Source: Fonticula alba ATCC 38817 (taxonomy: Eukaryota > Protista > Nucleariida). From it: a stretch of 64,000 nt of DNA. Below the pieces are notes generated by a model. It searched no databases. It was not told the DNA's origin and was given only the letters and a program-made list of their open reading frames with translations. Location: assembly GCA_000388065.2 (NCBI GenBank), contig KB932202.1. The stretch is one strand, 5' to 3'. Both the position numbers and the translations under genes were made by a program. Shown here in pieces: positions 60,883-64,000 of the stretch; within the stretch, counting starts at the first letter, position 1, and each line of letters opens with the position of its first letter.

Positions 60883-63761
60883 GGCGAGGGCACCGGCAGA
60901 GCGCCAACCGTCGTCGCTCAACAGCCGGGTCGTCGGGAGCTAGTGTCCGGTGGCGCATGAGGCGCGGTGAGCTGGAGGAAGGCCCCGGCTGGTGGGTCGC
61001 TACTCGGTGCGGCAACTCACCCGGCCGCAGGGCCTCGGACGAGGGTCTGGTCTTGGCCGACCGGCGTGCTAGCTCCCCCCCCCCCCTCCGGGGGACAGGC
61101 GATTGGGGACAGGTCGGCATGCGGGCGCTCGCTGGTGACGAGCATGGATCGCTGTGATGCCTGGCCCCTGGCCAACCACCGTGGCCTGAGGGGCTGCCGG
61201 CGGTGGTGTGCCCGCGTGAGGCGGTGTCTTGCAAAAGGCGTGTTAGGAACACCAATGGCCGGTGTAGCCTGACCGATGTCTGGCGCCGGGGACGCGCTCG
61301 CCGGCCGGAAAGGGGGTTGAGGGGGGGGATGATCGGCCCTCATCCTCGTGGACAAAGGGCCCGAACGCGGACGCGCGAGCCCGAGGCAAGGGCCGGGTCC
61401 CTCGGGTCCATTGCGCGGCACACAAGCGTGGAGAGATGTGCCAACGCATCGGGCCCGGGCATAATAATGGCCCCGGGCAAAAGCCCGAGAAAGGCCGCAT
61501 TAATAAATATATCTCTCTGGGTGGCGCGATCGATCGGAGGTGTCTGGTTGTTCCTGGCACGGGCTTGGCCGGGACGATGGCCCCCTTTTCTGTCGGCCCG
61601 CGCGCGTGCTCGCGCGGATACTGTCCCTCCCGGGTGCCGCGTGGTTTTTTTTCGGCTTCATTTTTTTTCGGGGTCATGCTTTCCCCTCCCGCGCCTCTCC
61701 CTCCGTGCGTGTTTTTTTTTTCATTGGTCTCGGAGAACAAGCACCCTTGGCGTCCTCTCCCATGCTCGCCTCCCCCAGGTGTGCTTGGCTTCACCGAGCC
61801 TCTCTCTCGCTGAGCCCGCACGGCACAAAGCCTTCTCTTTACTTGCCTCTTGGGGGGTGCGGGGGTGCTTGTGCGTCTGCACATTCTCCCGATTCATCCA
61901 GCCTCTACCCTCCTCCGTGGCCCGCGCCTTTCGGCCTGTGACAGGCACCTCGCCGACAGGATGTTCCCTCATCGGGTGTTAGTTAGGCATCTCCGAGGAG
62001 AGTCCACGGCGCCGGCCACCGTGCGCGCGCCCGCCGGCAGCGAGACATGGTGCTGGATCGCCTTTCGTCGGGCATGTGGGTGCGGGGCAAAGGCGGTCAA
62101 TCAATAGGGAGGCGGTGCACCCGCTNNNNNNNNNNNNNNNNNNNNNNNNNNNNNNNNNNNNNNNNNNNNNNNNNNNNNNNNNNNNNNNNNNNNNNNNNNN
62201 NNNNNNNNNNNNNNNNNNNNNNNNNNNNNNNNNNNNNNNNNNNNNNNNNNNNNNNNNNNNNNNNNNNNNNNNNNNNNNNNNNNNNNNNNNNNNNNNNNNN
62301 NNNNNNNNNNNNNNNNNNNNNNNNNNNNNNNNNNNNNNNNNNNNNNNNNNNNNNNNNNNNNNNNNNNNNNNNNNNGGGGGGGGGGGGGGGGGGGGGGGGG
62401 GGAAGGCGGAGGAGAAGGAGGAGGAGGAGTGCGGATACGGCCGGTCACGAATGGACGGCCACTCAAGAGGGATGCTCTTCTCTGAGAAGCTGGAGTGCGG
62501 GGAGGGAGCAACCAGCGGCCGGAGGATGACACCCGGGAAGTCACGAAGGCATTCCCGTCCGCCCATCGGCCGTCGGTGACGGAGCCCAAGAAAGCGGAGG
62601 GGACATTGCCCACGCAACAACGATGGAGGACTCGCACCGGGCGCCGCCGGCCGACACATGGTGTGCCGGGAGGGGCCCGAACAGGGCCCGGCGCTCTGTC
62701 ATGTGATTGTCCGAAGACATGATCCCATGACTTAAAGTCACGAGTCCCTCGATCCCTCCCTACGCTTTCCACTAACCACCACTTGTCAGATCTCTCTTCT
62801 CGGGGCCTGGTTGGTCCTCGCCCTCCCCCACCCGCGTGGCCGGTGCGAGGAGAAAGAAGTAGAGAGCCAGAAAGGTGCCACTTTTTATTTCTTTGTCTCC
62901 CCCCTCCCCAAAGGTTGGGGGCTGTTGCTTCTTTTCTATTGAATGAAGGCGCCTGGGCCTTCCCCTCTCCCTTTGCATCTCCCGCAAGGCTTGGTATCCT
63001 CCCTGTTCCTCGGCCAGGAAGCTGGTGGTTTTTCACTCGGCCACCCATAGCCGCAGCACTGCTGCCACTCTCCGGGGAGGTGCGGCTTTGTCCCGGTTCC
63101 GAGGGCCGTAAACCCGAGGGAGACACGGCCCCACCAACGAGCGCGAACACGTCGAAACACTCCAGTTCTGGCATTTGATTCTCGGGGACCGGTGAGGGGC
63201 TTCCCTGAACCACCCGGGGTGTTCCGTGCCGCGAGGGTCACCACTCGGACATGAATACAACCACAAAAGAAAGGAAAGCTGGTGATCTGCGTCTTTATAG
63301 GGAGTACATCAGGGACTGAGTCACACTGCTCCAGGGGGAGCGACGTCCAGAGGCAGGGCAACGGGAAGTCAAGGCCTCCGTAAAGAGAATGACTATCCTT
63401 CAAGGAGCTGGGACCTTGGAGGGGAGACGAGATAAGGGGGCCCTTATATAGGGGGGCCCAGAAAAGAGGAAATACATGGGAAAGAGGGGGAAACGAGAGA
63501 GAATGGGTTGCATCGCTGAGGGGCGACGCTAACACCCACCCACGGGGAAAGGGAGGTAGAAAATGGATCTCTTAGCCATTTGACTAAGTAGAGGGCGTGG
63601 CGAAATTTGGCGGGGAGGCGACAGTAGGGTTAACATAGCAGGGCGAGGTGACGCAGGTGCTGAGGAGGTGAGCGGAGCAAAGTTCCGACGCAGCGTCGGA
63701 GGTGACATTATGGTTACAAGTTACGAAGCACAAAAGCTCCACACTGGACAGGCACCTCACC

Positions 63762-63834
63762 GGGGGCGTAGCTCAAATGGTAGAGCGGCCGCTTAGCATG
63801 CGGCAGGCAGGGGGATCGATACCCTCCGCCTCCA
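63762..63834 (+). tRNA. tRNA-Ala (AGC), copy 2
   Basis: The 73-nt sequence is identical to 9054-9126. The flanks differ. TTTT lies downstream. Confidence 0.97.
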
Positions 63835-64000
63835 TGGATTCCCTTTTGGCCGGGGGGGCTGAGGATGCCAGCGGATGCGTCTTCTGCAGGACAGTGTTTG
63901 TGTGTGTGCGCGCAGGGCGATCTGGGCTGTGTGTGAGCCCGCCTGTACGTGTCCACCGAGAACGGCCTATTGCCACGTCCGTCAGGGCGGGGTGGAGAGG

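Noticed and set aside
63391-63407. GACTATCCTTCAAGGA resembling the U3 snoRNA 5' end
   Set aside because: No box A continuation and no boxes B, C or D downstream.
62101-63535. Minus-strand ORFs 62101..63213 and 62936..63535
   Set aside because: No recognisable domain or codon bias, and one runs through an N gap.
63561-63592. Overlapping stems AAATGG/CCATTT and CTTAG/CTAAG, pseudoknot-like
   Set aside because: The 2-nt loop is too short for an H-type pseudoknot, the stems are short, and there is no coding or ncRNA context.

Overview
Eukaryotic, GC-rich, gene-dense scaffold. Introns are short GT-AG type (donors mostly GTGCGT/GTACGT/GTATGT, CTRAC branch points) and there are many poly-G/C, (CA)n and (GA)n tracts and N gaps. 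Gene content suggests a unicellular opisthokont-type protist: monofunctional thymidylate synthase, Vrg4-type GDP-mannose transporter, LIPE-type lipase, MDC1/Mdb1-like protein. A Fonticula-like organism is my guess, not proven. I can support 17 spliced protein-coding genes (P5A ATPase, MED9, COX18, CDK1, VMA12/TMEM199, Mn-CDF transporter, GDP-Man transporter, MDC1-like mediator, PRI2, SOF1, NOG2, PHAF1, HSL, IES6, ABP34-like actin bundler, SH3-SAM adaptor, TYMS) plus MTR3, and 4 tRNA genes. I found no CRISPR array, prophage or transposase. Most supplied ORFs are GC-shadow frames or read through gaps. Best leads: (1) an MDC1/Mdb1-like DNA-damage scaffold with a divergent FHA-like domain, a seven-copy TQPV repeat array and an intact phospho-binding tandem BRCT; (2) a homolog of the Dictyostelium 34-kDa actin-bundling protein with a degenerate EF-hand; (3) IES6 apparently nested in an HSL intron, more likely a scaffolding error; (4) a PH-less Boi/Pob1-like SH3-SAM adaptor. 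All family assignments come from motif recognition and remembered sequences, not database searches.
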